Positions 24,831-37,340 of a stretch of DNA of 64,000 nucleotides are shown piece after piece (position 1 is the stretch's first letter; every line of letters starts with the position of its first letter). Source of the stretch: Narcine bancroftii (Eukaryota). Position numbers and translations under genes: made by a program. The notes under the pieces are model-generated. The model ran no database searches and was not told where the DNA came from. It saw nothing but the letters and a program-made list of their open reading frames with translations. The stretch lies in NCBI RefSeq assembly GCF_036971445.1, contig NC_091469.1, forward strand, positions 219,170,001 through 219,234,000, given 5' to 3'.

Positions 24831-26206
24831 AAAATGGTGAACGTGAAGCTACTGGATAAAAGTACAGTGATTCCTGCCTTGAAATGCTGATTGCTTTTTA
24901 CTTCCTGTGCATGCTGCTGAGTTGCTCATTTTCATCAGGGAAAGGAATCTGTTATGCTTTCCTGATCTAAATATGTCTCCATGCCAATTAATGCCCATGC
25001 CTATGAATGAGAAATGTTAAAAAAAGAAAATCACTGTTTGACAAATGCAAATGAACAGGAAATATTAGATTGTTGCAAAACTATGATTGGACTGGACTGC
25101 TCCTCATTAAATAGATAATCAAAGTATTCGTTCCAGAAAATTGCACTTTTTCTGCTCCTCATTGGTGACTGTGAGCTATTGAAATGAGAAGGTGTTATAT
25201 TTATGTTTTCTTTTAGGAATGTTATTCAGATTATTCTGCATTAAAATTAGTAACCAAAAGCAATGGAAATCTGTGCTGAAAGCAAATGGTAAAACTGAAA
25301 GATAAAAGAAATGCTAAAAAGCTTTAGACTTGTGCAAGAGCTTTGTCACAAGTGGAGCTTTCCTTCAGCCCACTTCAGATAAGTGAAATGGGTACAAAGC
25401 CTGTTTGTACTTTAAGTGGATCGAGTTCATTTCAATGCATTGCAATGGAGTTCATTTCACTTGACCACTTCAGGCCAGTTTAAAAGTCTATTGAAAAACC
25501 CCAACCAACAGTATATTTCTGGTGAGATTATTGGAATTTATTTCAGTCCCTCATCATCAATTCTGTTGCTTCTATCACCCATCTTATGAATTAAGAATTA
25601 TACACATCGGGTGCTACTCAACCATCAACAATTTATATTGACATAAGCCCAGAGTGTAGCACTATATGGATTCAACATTCATTAAAGTGCATGATTTTTC
25701 ATACATCTGACATGTTAATAAATGAAAGATTCCAGATTTCAGCGGTTTAAACAATGCTCAGTAGATTAATCTACATTCCCACATCACACATTATATAAAC
25801 TAACCGTCCTTCTATTAACTCCATTCATTCTCCTGTAGCACACAAACCAACACTCCCACCATCCACTTCATCTACACTCCAGCATAAGAGAAACTAAGCC
25901 GATTTCATTCGACACTCCACCTACACCCCCACTGTCTCGGGAAAACTGCGCACATGCGAAAGGACCCACCCAATCCAGGTCACCCTCTCTTGTCCCATCT
26001 TACGTTGGGCAGAGGAAAACATGAACCCCCTGATTCAAGGACAGCTTATTTCCTGCTGTTATTAGGCTCTCACTTTGGCATGTCCAGAAATTGTTGGTAT
26101 TAAGGTATGAACACCAATGGAAATACCAGAGGTTGTTGTCTACCTCTAATTTCTCCAATCTGCAGAGAACTGACCACACTGTTAAGACTGGAGTCACTAA
26201 GAGGGC

Positions 26207-26369
26207 AAGGAGAACATATTCTTTGATTAGCTTATAACTGAGGGTAGGGTGTCATAGTGGTCTTCAGAAGGGCTCAGGGTTTAGGTGGAAACCAGGGTTA
26301 TATATGGGTAGATGGGTGCGGAGCCAGGCATCAGTATAACACACCACCAGTGAATCCCAGTTCACTGCA
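26207..26369 (-). mobile_element. Partial solo LTR of the same family as Gypsy 51793-56060
   Basis: The reverse complement aligns to LTR 55854-56060 (tgcagtgaactgg...tatataaccctggtttcc...gaagaccact...ataagctaat). Confidence 0.85.
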
Positions 26370-26939
26370 CTCACCAACCTCTGCGTGGAGAAGATACCCT
26401 CAGATCCTTTCTTTCCTCTTTTACCTTAAATCTATTCCATCCAGTTTTAGATTCCAAGATCTTTCTTCATAGTGTTCTGAAATTTTCAGATTAAACCAAT
26501 AGAACTGAAAATCAAAGGATGGAAATGTCACAGGTTCTGACTTCAGCCATTCACTGGGCAAATATGCAACCTGTTGAATTGCCCCTGCCTGTCGGTGTTT
26601 GTCTACTATGCGACAGTGCCCATTTACTGTTTTAATCATAACATTGACCATCTACTTTTTAAAGGCTAGCTTGTTAGTGACTCTCTTTCTAATATCTATA
26701 AAGAATTTTGTCTGAAGTAAAATGGAAGATCTTGCTTTTTTTGCTTCTTCGTGTGTGGAAAAACAACCAAATTCTTTCAATAGCGCTTAAACATTATAGT
26801 TCCATGGCTGCATTCAAGTTGCATTGTCCATAATAATATTCTTCTAGTTTGCATGCAGAGCAATCTTCAATGAACTCTGTGCTGGATTAGAATCAGAGAC
26901 TTAGTTACTGCATGAGAGAGAACAGCAGTGCATTAGATT

Positions 26940-27165
26940 TTGAAATTTAAAAAAAACAGCACCGTAACAGTCTATTTCAGCCCATGAACCCGTGCCACCC
27001 AATTGACCACAACCACAGTACGTTCTGAATGGTGTGAGGACACTGGAACAACCCACGCAGACACAGGGAAAACGTACAAATTCCTTGCAGACAGAGCTGG
27101 ATTCGAACCCAGACACTGGTCTTGTAAACAGCATTATTCTCACTGTTATGCTACCCGTGCCACCC
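26940..27165 (-). mobile_element. tRNA-derived V-SINE (HE1-like)
   Basis: B box 'ggattcgaaccc'; V-domain 'acccacgcagacacagggaaaacgtacaaattcctt'. Confidence 0.85.
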
Positions 27166-28539
27166 TCTTAGCTCTCTACCCCTTTTTCTCACACTGAAGA
27201 TGCTGGAGCCTGCATTAAACCCTGAGTAGAAAGCTCTTTTATTGTGCAGCTTTCAAATTCACACAGCGTTTTTAGACCTGGGACACGATCCCTGAGGGAA
27301 AGCCAATCAAAATGTGTTATCTGCTAAATTTCAAAGTTGCGAAATAGGATTATAGAAAATGTACAATTATGCTGCATATTTTAGAATTGTTGATTTTGTT
27401 TTGTATGTTTGTTAATTTTATTTTGTGCATGTAGTTTACTTTTAAAGTTAAAGTAAACCTGTGAAAGCTTTATGCTATGAATATTATCAATGTCCCGAAT
27501 CACAGTTGTGTACCCTTTATCGATTTGTAGTATGTATTATTTGATAATAATTCCTTCATAGTAACAAGATAAAGAAAGCTTCGGTTCCCATTTTAACATA
27601 TTACACGCTAACCTCCTGCACAACATTTTATTCAGGAAATTTATAGAGAAGTCTACAGCCATGGCCATAACAGAATATGTGTCAAAGATCCTTCATGGCT
27701 TAAAAAAATGTGAAATCCTTTTGTATCCAGTGGAGAAATCCCTACTTTTCAAGAAAGGATTCTGAATATATCATAGTGATGTGTATTTTTTTTTAACAAG
27801 TACAAATAATTCTGGTGAAATTCAACAATGGTTCAAGTACCAAAGGACTAGTAGTGGTTTGACAGATCATCTTTCTGTTTGAATTTGATTAAATTAGTGA
27901 AGTAGTCAACTCAATGAAAGGAGCTCGGTCCTCATTATGTCTGCAAAAAAGGGCAAACTGTTCTGCACCACCCAGAACACCTGATAGAAATCTCACCCAG
28001 AATCTGGAAGGATGATATTTTGGACATTTGGCACAGTGGCCTAAATGGGCACCAAATACCTCGCAGGTGCCCTTGGACTGTGTCATATGCATGTTTTAAG
28101 GACCTTTTTATAGGATATTAAAATACTCAGTGAAGTGAATGTTTTTTGGTTAGATTTTTGTAATATGGGTTTGGATTATGATGCTATAGTAAAGCCAAAT
28201 ATAATTTTTATTTTCATTTTCAAAGTCAAGCCATATGGAGCAGGAGGGATTGGCAATGGTTTTGATTGGTCTCCTATCCCGTGTCCTGACTAAAGTGACG
28301 ATGGCATCAAATGGCAAAGGCAAGCAACTAAAGGCAAAGCTGTATCATTTTATGACCTCCATTGCCCAACAGATTTCAGATTTTGGATTTCAGATTTATT
28401 GACATCACATACAGCCCTGAGATGCATTTTTTTTTCTGTGGGCGAGGCAGAATTACCACTGATTGGTAGTGCAAGATAAAAACCCGTAAAAAGTGTATTC
28501 ATTTAAAAAGTAGAGAACTGATACCTGAGTACTCAAACA

Positions 28540-28772
28540 CCTGTGAAACTAAATGTCCCAAATATTATGGTGCCCTGAAATGAGGGAACTATGTATAAAA
28601 ACCACTGTAATTTTTCCATGGTAAAACCAAAATGTATACCAATAACCTTGAATAAAATCTGGAATGTGCACTCTAGAACATGTGAATTGTTTGATTACTA
28701 ATTTAAAACTGTCATGCACAGGGGCAAATGAATGAAAAAGTGTCTTTGTCCAAAAGATTATGAAGGGCACTG
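28540..28772 (+). mobile_element. Tc1-like DNA transposon right terminal inverted repeat (IR/DR type)
   Basis: Ends in ...gggcactg-t (CAGTG terminus). Inner direct repeat 'tgtcccaaatattatggtgccctg' (~28554) and outer 'tgtccaaaagattatgaagggcactg' (~28747) lie about 200 bp apart. Confidence 0.7.
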
Positions 28773-28773
28773 T

Positions 28774-29993
28774 CTTTTGCCTTGTCTTTAGCTTGGCTTC
28801 GCGGACGAAGATTTATGGAGGGGGTAAAAGTCCACGTCAGCTGCAGGCTCGTTTGTGGCTGACAAGTCCGATGCGGGACAGGCAGACACGGTTGCAGCGG
28901 CTGCAGGGGAAAATTGGTTGGTTGGGGTTGGGTGTTGGGTTTTTCCTCCTTTGCCTTTTGTCAGTGAGGTGGGCTCTGCGGTCTTCTTCAAAGGAGGTTG
29001 CTGCCCGCCAAACTGTGAGGCGCCAAGATGCACGGTTTGAGGCGATATCAGCCCACTGGCGGTGGTCAATGTGGCAGGCACCAAGAGATTTCTTTAGGCA
29101 GTCCTTGTACCTTTTCTTTGGTGCACCTCTGTCACGGTGGCCAGTGGAGAGCTCTCCATATAACACGATCTTGGGAAGGCGATGGTCCTCCATTCTGGAG
29201 ACGTGACCCACCCAGCGCAGCTGGATCTTCAGCAGCGTGGACTTGATGCTGTCGACCTCTGCCATCTCGAGTACTTCGACGTTAGGGATGAAAGCGCTCC
29301 AATGGATGTTGAGGATGGAGCGGAGACAACGCTGGTGGAAGTGTTCTAGGAGCCGTAGGTGATGCCGGTAGAGGACCCATAATTCAGAGCCGAACAGGAG
29401 TGTGGGTATGACAACGGCTCTGTATACGCTTATCTTTGTGAGGTTTTTCAGTTGGTTGTTTTTCCAGACTCTTTTGTGTAGTCTTCCAAAGGCGCTATTT
29501 GCCTTGGCGAGTCTGTTGTTTATCTCATTGTCGATCCTTGCATCTGATGAAATGGTGCAGCCGAGATAGGTAAACTGGTTGACCGTTTTGAGTTTTGTGT
29601 GCCCGATGGAGATGTGGGGGGCTGGTAGTCATGGTGGGGAGCTGGCTGATGGAGGACCTCAGTTTTCTTCAGGCTGACTTCCAGGCCAAACACTTTGGCA
29701 GTTTCCGCAAAGCAGGACGTCAAGCGCTGAAGAGCTGGCTCTGAATGGGCAACTAAAGCAGCATCGTCTGCAAAGAGTAGTTCACGGACAAGTTTCTCTT
29801 GTGTCTTGGTGTGAGCTTGCAGGCGCCTCAGATTGAAGAGACTGCCATCCGTGCGGTACCGGATGTAAACAGCGTCTTCATTGTTGGGGTCTTTCATGGC
29901 TTGGTTCAGCATCATGCTGAAGAAGATTGAAAAGAGGGTTGGTGCGAGAACACAGCCTTGCTTCACGCCATTGTTAATGGAGAAGGGTTCAGA
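28774..29993 (-). mobile_element. RTE-clade LINE (AviRTE/BovB-related), 5'-truncated, nearly intact RT C-terminal half
   Basis: GVKQGCVLAPTLF, ELLFADDAAL, QLRWVGHVSRMEDHRLPK, C-terminal CxxC...H zinc finger. A frameshift at the G-run near 29617. CpGs are retained. Confidence 0.95.
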
Positions 29994-30516
29994 TTTTAAC
30001 AATCCAGCCAGCTCTCCGCCTTCTTCTCCTGGGCGATTATTGTGGATTCTAAATGTTTGCCTTGCAGAAATGCTTGGATTCCTTTTACATTGTAAATTGT
30101 AGAAGGAAGCAAATGATCTTTTTAATAATTTTTTTTTTGGGCCACTACTCACCTGAAAAATAAGTAAAATTAAAACAATGTTTGGATCTTTATGTTTCTT
30201 TTATAACATCATCAAAATACAGCAGTTTTCACTGACTTTTATATTCCCTATCCAATAATGTACTTTTCAAAATTTACAAACACCAACATGTGCTCAAAGC
30301 TTGTAGAACAATATCATTGCCAGAAAAGAGAAGTAAATGGTGAAAATACAGTATAGATGCTTAAATAGTTCCTATTCTTTTCCATATTAGAAATGCATGT
30401 AGAGTATCATAAGACAATGCAAAATACATCAGCCATACCAATTATTGCGTCAGCTCCAAAAACTGATCCAACGTGGCCTGAGAAAAAGAAAACAGACAAA
30501 CTAGTAAATACATTCC

Positions 30517-30638
30517 AAAATTACTGTTCAGCAATGCAAGTTGATCACTGAAATGCTCAAGGAAGCAGTTCCTTGCAAAAATCACTGTTCAGCAATGCAA
30601 GTTGATCACTGAAATGTTCGAGGAAGCAGTTCCTTGCA
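30517..30638 (+). repeat. Tandem duplication, 2 x 61 bp
   Basis: aaaat(t/c)actgttcagcaatgcaagttgatcactgaaatg(c/t)tc(a/g)aggaagcagttccttgca, repeated twice with 3 differences. Confidence 0.92.
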
Positions 30639-31241
30639 GTAGATTTTATATAAAATCTTTGGATACTAGTCGACATGAATACTGCGTGTTTTCATGTGTT
30701 AATAGAAAAGGCAAATGGCTTCTAACTATGAAATGAAGGATATTCCTGAAGCAAAAATTGATTCTAGCAGAAGGCTAGGTGTCCTGATGGCTGAATGCAG
30801 GGACTGACAGAAGATGGGGTTGTTATAATTTAAACAGTCAGTTAAGGATGATACATTGAGACTGTCAGCTTAATGACAGTCTTTCCTAACTCCCTTGGAT
30901 TGACAGTGAAAATTCTGTACATTATTGCATAGGGCAAGGCATCTTACACGCATGTCTTGGTGCACAAGTTCATCTTTTTTTTTTAAACAGCATGTTAATT
31001 TTGCAATAGAATTATTCCGATCCTCTTATGTTATAAAGTAAGATTAAAATGTGCTTTACCTCAGATCAGTAAATGTACCTCACAGCGTGGCTAACTTTAT
31101 TTTTATGGTAGATCAATGTTTATTACAGTTCTTCATTTACAATTCCTAAATTAAAGGTTAATTCATTGTTTTGATTTACCAAATGCAGGAGATATAAAGT
31201 TTAAAAAAATTAGACAATAGTACTTCAAGTAACTGTAAGAG

Positions 31242-31260
31242 TAGGCACTAGGTGGCGCCA
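31242..31260 (+). promoter_or_regulatory. Candidate CTCF binding site
   Basis: taggCACTAGGTGGCGCCa closely matches the CTCF core CCACYAGRKGGCGC; it is GC-rich within AT-rich unique DNA. Confidence 0.5.
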
Positions 31261-31974
31261 TAAGATTTAAGATCAATGGAAAAGCACAAGTTTGTTTGAT
31301 CGATGTCCCACCACTGCTGCTTTGGAGAGGTAAAAACTCTAAACAATCAGGATTTTCTCAATGTAATGTCCAATCTGTGACATTTTGAAACAATACAAAT
31401 TAAATCTGCACATCACAAGATTTTTCATTTATTGTGTTTAAAGAATTCAAAATCAGTTTAAGTCATTTTTTCACTGAAGGTCAGATTAATTTGTTTCTTT
31501 TTAACATTTATCGATTGCATTTTTAGAAAGTTAAACTATTTAAAATCGTCTTAATTTTCTGAGGCATCTTTCCCAGTTCGTGGAGTTCATTCATTCTGAC
31601 TGTGCATGAAATATTAAAGTGGCATTTATGTATTAAAAAAATTGGTTTATACAATTAAATTCTAGATTAAATCTGTGTTGTTGAACAAAATAATTAATGA
31701 TAGATAACAAGCTATCATAGTGCTAACCACACAACGAAAATATTGTCTCACAATGGTTTGCCAATTCAAAAAATTGTCAAACAATTCTACAGGAAGGAAA
31801 GCCAATCCGATTGAAATACATGTATATTGTGATCACTAATATGGATTGAACTCTCTCACATGAAGAATAGTTTTTAGAGTGGTTTCTTTGTTACTTGGAA
31901 GGCTTTAAAATTGTGGATTAACATCAAAACATTAGATAACTGCAGGAGGACATTTAATTGAGCCATATATATTT

Positions 31975-32259
31975 GGGCTGATAACGCCTCAAACCGTGCA
32001 TCTTGGCGCCTCACAGTTTGGCGGGCAGCAGCCTCCTTTGAAGAAGACCGCAGAGCCCACCTCACTGACAAAAGGCAAAGGAGGAAAAACCCAACACCCA
32101 ACCCCAACCAACCAATTTTCCCTTGCAACCGCTGCAATCGTGTCTGCCTGTCCCGCATCGGACTGGTCAGCCACAAACGAGCCTGCAGCTGACGTGGACT
32201 TTTTACCCCCTCCATAAATCTTCGTCCGCGAAGCCAAGCCAAAGAAGAAAGAAGAAAGA
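31975..32259 (+). mobile_element. RTE-clade LINE 3' end
   Basis: Near-identical to the other RTE 3' ends; (aaga)n tail; TSD atatattt (31967-31974 and 32260-32267). Confidence 0.92.
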
Positions 32260-32300
32260 ATATATTTTCTGTAAATAATTAAATAAATCAGACACTACTT

Positions 32301-32666
32301 CAGTGGTTTTCAAACTTTTTCTTTCCACTCACATCCCACTTTAATTAATCCCTATGCTCTGTGATTAGCAAGGGATTGGTTAAGGTGGGATGTAAGTGGG
32401 AAGGGAAGGTTGAGAATCACTGCTCTAGACCCAATTGTTACTGAAATATTTTGCTTGAGAAAAATTGTCATTGGCCCATTTACTTTGGAGTTAGGAAACC
32501 GTGCACAGAACTAGTCAATGAGGGACGATTAAAACCGTGGTTTTCAAACTTTTTCTTCCTACCTACATCCTACCTTAAGCGATCCCTCACTAATCACAGA
32601 GCACCAATGGCCTAGGGATTACTTAAAGAGGAATGTGAGTGGAAAGGAAAAGGTTGAGAATCACTG
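32301..32666. mobile_element. Composite hAT/Charlie-like MITE (two inverted palindromic units)
   Basis: TIRs cagtggttttcaaacttt...aaggttgagaatcactg bound both unit 1 (32301-32422) and unit 2 (32535-32666). An hAT-like target 'ctctagac' follows unit 1. Confidence 0.75.
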
Positions 32667-34359
32667 CTAAACCCTGAAACAATGTACATGTTAATTAATT
32701 GATCAGAATTTGCAGTCAGCCCATTGTTGAAAAATGCTTATGGAATAGAATTTTTAAAAAATAGGAACAAATTTTATATAGAAAAGCAGCAACTAAAGCA
32801 GGAAATTTATCCACAATTGTTCTGCTTATCTTTCAGTTAAACTTTCCTGATTTTACATACATTTTATGCATAATTGCCTACAATGCAATTCACTCGCTAC
32901 ATTTTAAAACATTTTGCCGGAAGCATAACCGGTAGATTTTTGAAGAGACATCAAATTTGTAACTCTTCCAAATTGAAGGCCATACCTTGAAAGCTGTGAA
33001 AGGATTAATAAAATATCGAGGAAATGATTTCTCCTCCCAATACTGCTACAAAATAATTTTATGTATCCCTTTGAAGTAGTTAATATTAAACTGAACTTGT
33101 GGCATCGGCTGGTGACGTAAAAAACATTTTTTTTTCTTATTTTCAGCTGCACTTTCAAATATTTGGTTTCCATTTTTTATGTCTTATTCCAAACAATTTA
33201 ATAATAATGATGCTTAACTGTGTCACTCAATTGTTTATTCATGGTGGGTTTCGTGTCCAGTATTATACAAATACATTTGTGGAAATTTAGAAATGGTAGG
33301 AGGCTTCAGAGAATCACATTTCAAAATGGCCATAATTTGGAGTGTAACGTGCAATGGCATTGTAGGCAATGTAAGAAAGAGGAATTTCATTCACTTTCCC
33401 AATATTTAATTGTGCATCATATAGCTCTAACTCCTTGTGCACCATTTCTATCCCTATTGTCTTACAGTGAACCAAATTTTGGAGCCGCTAAACATAAGGC
33501 ATGTTTATATAACAATTACAGTACAGAAACAGGCCATCTCACCCCCTCTAGTCCATATCGATTTAAGTGATCTCCTCTAGTCCCACTTACAACAATTAGT
33601 GGATGTCCAAACAATCCATCATTCTAGGTGAAGCATTTGAGATGTTTTTGAAGGACTTGGGAAACCCTGTGTAAATGATCATTTGTTTTGCTGTTTAGTG
33701 GATGTAATTCCAGTGGTTGCGACACTGAAAATCTCATAACGATTCTGCATCTCCTTGGAAATCTTGACAGCAAAACCTTTCCTAGGAGCTTTTGCTGGCT
33801 TCTGCAGCATGTAATCTTTTAAGGAGCACATGTGCTGCTTTTTATATCCCTGTTAAGGTTGTATCACTGGCTGAGGCCCTGGGAGGTCAATGTCAGGCTG
33901 ATTTCTCTCTCAAGTCCTTGATTTGTAAGGTAAATGTTGGATGTGGACTTTTTACCCTTTTACTACAAAGTTCTTTGGTCCCTCTCTTCTGTATCGTAAG
34001 AAAATTAACTTTTCCCACTAAACGTAATAAAGGGCAATGTTGAAATGTCGAATTAACATACTCCTGGATGTTGATTCAATTTACTTGTGTATTCAGAATT
34101 AGATAATGGTATCCATTATAATAAAGTGAAACATGTAAAAGTTAGATTGCTTAGTTCACAATGAAAGGGATTTTACTATATTTTAAAAACTACTATTAAT
34201 CTGTGAAGTGGATTGTGCTTACAATTGGCCAGCAATTCCTGGCAGAACCACTTGTTTGCCCTTTCTAGAGGTCAAGAGGTCCATAACTTTGATGCGCTGC
34301 TGCGCAGGAATTGGGAACATGCCAGAGGTCAGGTGCCAGGGCATATAACCTTTTGTCAT

Positions 34360-34551
34360 GAACACTACATTGAGACCAGGGCTACTTCCAGATCTTCCTG
34401 AGCCAAGGGGCCAGACATAACACACGTCGAGGCGCTTCAGGCAATTTCTTCCGATGGCGAATCTGTCTGCCTTATGGCAGGGAAAAACACATTTTGTGCA
34501 ACATTGCACGATCTCTATTACGTGACAATAAATTGGATCTTGAGTCGAGTC
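34360..34551 (+). mobile_element. Putative SINE sharing body and tail with the 5S-SINE at 10069
   Basis: Identical 15-mer tctgtctgccttatg (34462-34476 vs 10203-10217) and tatta(c/t)gtgacaataa (34516-34531 vs 10265-10280). Confidence 0.5.
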
Positions 34552-35904
34552 CTTTATCTTTGGGCCAAACTTGCTGCTGCATCTATCATTTAATCATTTG
34601 AATTGGACCACTGAACTTCATTAAGAAAATAGGGATGGTTTATTTTTCTTCAGCTCTCTTCATATTTACATTTTAATGTAGTATAACCATTTTTATTTTT
34701 AATTTTTAATTGAATTATGATTTTAAAAAATACATTTGAACTGTTTCCAAACGACTCTGATATTCGGAGAATAAAAACAAATGTATCAGCAAAAAATACG
34801 ACTGCTGGAACTGTGCAGGAGTGGAGTTGAGGTGTGTGTTGTCGTGAGTGCAGTTCAGGCCATTATCAGGTGAAATCCTTTGTGCAGAGAGTGAATAGCA
34901 TCTGGAACTTGATATCACATTGACTGGTGAAGGGTGATGGGGTAAATATGTCAGGGTAATGTCACGTGAGTGCATAAGGGAGAAAGGACCTCCATGAGGT
35001 GCTAGGATGAATGAAGTAGAGGAGAGAAGGTTCATGTGGAGTGCAAACAGCAATGCAGATTATCTGGGTTAAAGGACCAGCAGCAGTCCTGAAAATTCTT
35101 CTGTGATCATGATTTGAGGTCTCTCAAATTCAAGCCTTCAACTCCTGTCACTAGAACTGGGGAGTTTAAATTCAGTTTACTTTATAAGTGAGCATTATGA
35201 AATAAAGTACATAATAATGGTCTCCCTGAAAATCCTTGATTTATTATTGGACTTCATCTGGTTTATTCACGTCCTTTCGAGAAGGAAATCTGCCACCCAT
35301 ACCTCGTGAGAAGTGAGAATCCAATTCCACAGCTGACTCTCTTCTTCCCAAGTATAGTCTACCATCCAAATCAGCTATGTCAAAACCATCATGTTGAAAG
35401 ATATTACCATTAGAATATGCCAGACTCCTGCACCATAATCTCTGGCTACATCCTATTACACACCCACTGGGGGCAGAGGTATGGTGTATAGATGTGGGGA
35501 AGAGTAATCCTCAATATTAATTCCAGACCTCATAAAGTCTCACTAGGTCAATCTTGGACAAGGTAACCAATTACTGTCCTTCCTCGGCTAATGAATCAAT
35601 GCTTCTCATCTCTGAATAACGTCTGGAAAACAAACACTGGATTATGATTTATCATTAAGTTATCTTGGCAACATGAGACTGTAGATGTGATTAGTGGCTT
35701 GCTGAGTTGATGAGTTTTTCCAGCATTTTCTGGTTTGTCATTTTAGTTAAAAACTGGGTATTTCTGAAACACTCAAAATTCATTAGCCACAAAAATCTAT
35801 TCCATCTTAATCTGCAACCAGATGAAGTGACATAACCATCACTCTACCATTGCTATCACGTCAGGGCATCATCCCTGGTTCAGTAATAAGTACAGGAGAC
35901 CATG

Positions 35905-36690
35905 TGTAATGGAAGATTCTAACCTATATTTTAACCTGTTTTTTTCTTAATTCCCAGCTCTTGGTTCTGCAGAGCTGAGAACCTTTTTTTAAAAACTTGC
36001 AGCTTTGGGTTCTGCAAGGCTGAGAACCTAATTGTTTTTAGACTCAGCAGACATAAGCAAAATTCCACCGAGGGGCCAGAGATGCTGTTATCTGAAGAAA
36101 GGACATCTGTGTACTGAGAACATTTAATCTTCCTGCTTGTTTTGGTCACAGACTGTCAGAGCCTAGCCTTGATGTAGAATAAACCATTGTATTAAAAATG
36201 ATAAGTTGAAAATTATGTTATTCGTTAATTAACCTAGCATGCTAGCTTGCTTGCTTATCTTTCTTGCTGTGCTGGGAATAGGTGCTTGGGTAAGCAGTTT
36301 TTGGGTAATAAAAGGCAAGGTCCCGCTGCCGAAGAGGGAGACTCTCTCCGAGAGGTGGCAACGTCTCTCAGCAAGAAGAAGAAGAACTTCTGGAGTCCAG
36401 CCAACGTCCCGGTCAGGGGAGGTGGAGAAGGTGCTACCGGCACCCTGACAACCTACTACAAGTGTGCAGTCGTTGCCTCACTTCGGCAGTTGGGACCAGT
36501 CCAAAGCGTTGATAAGTATAGTTGGGAAGGGCTTGCATATTGTAGTGTGAAATCAGCTTTTGAATTTGTAATAAACATTTGTATAATCTGAACTGCTCTC
36601 GGTGTGTGTGTGTCTATTTTCTTTCGGTAGTTCAAACACTGTGACCAATCTAAAATGAACAAAGTGAGAGGTACAAGTTTACCCAAGACA
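35905..36690 (+). mobile_element. Solo LTR, copy 2 (same R-U5 as 21413-22049)
   Basis: tgtaatgg...aagaca; TSD ccatg/ccacg; the 3' ~350 bp aligns closely to copy 1. Confidence 0.88.
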
Positions 36691-36769
36691 CCACGCCAGA
36701 GGCAACACCTAAAAATGAGGCAAAATGACAACGCACAATTAAACCTGCACTCGAAAAGCTTAAGAATGC

Positions 36770-37340
36770 GATGGCCTGAGCAGGTGTGATCCCCCGGCCA
36801 ACGATTAGATCAAAGGTCTTCTGTTGCATCTAGACATGAATGGTGGTGAACAACTAATGGAAGAATTAAGCATCAAACATGTGTCAACATCAAAGGCAAG
36901 GATACCATACCTTCTTTGCAACCTTCTTGGGCGAGAAGTACAATATGGATGATCCATCCTGGCTTGATTGACTACTTCTCTCCATGGATGCTGGTTTCTC
37001 TGGGAGGCTGGAGTGTCCTTTAGCTTCAAGGAGGCCACTGCTCTCTTGGAGTTGAAGAATGTAGTGATGGGACTAAAAGACAACTGGCCGGTGGCTCTGA
37101 CATCCACTATCATGAAGCGCTTTGAAAGGTTGGACATGACATATACTAACTCCAGCTTCCCAACCACTCCAATTCACATAAAAAGAGGTCCTCACCTGTC
37201 CCTGCACTCAGCCCTTGAAAGTTTGGACAACAAATATACTACATCGGACTACTACTTATTCAACAACAGCTTAACTTTCAGCCCAAGAGTACAAAACTAA
37301 TCACCAGGCTAAGAGACCTTGGTTTCATCAACATCTCTGC
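36770..37340 (+). mobile_element. Rex1/Babar RT fragment, old
   Basis: ORF 36968-37300: SFKEAT...DNWPVALTSTIMKRFERL...LHSALESLD. Confidence 0.75.

Noticed and set aside
28760-29206. Recurrent antisense ORF family (LASRTKIYGG...RQLQARLWLTSP) seen several times
   Set aside because: It is the antisense frame of the RTE 3' end, repeated only because the TE is repeated.
29520-30152. 210-aa ORF appearing to fuse a novel N-terminus to an RT
   Set aside because: Chance read-through from flanking DNA (GTG start) into a 5'-truncated RTE, and it frameshifts at ~29617.
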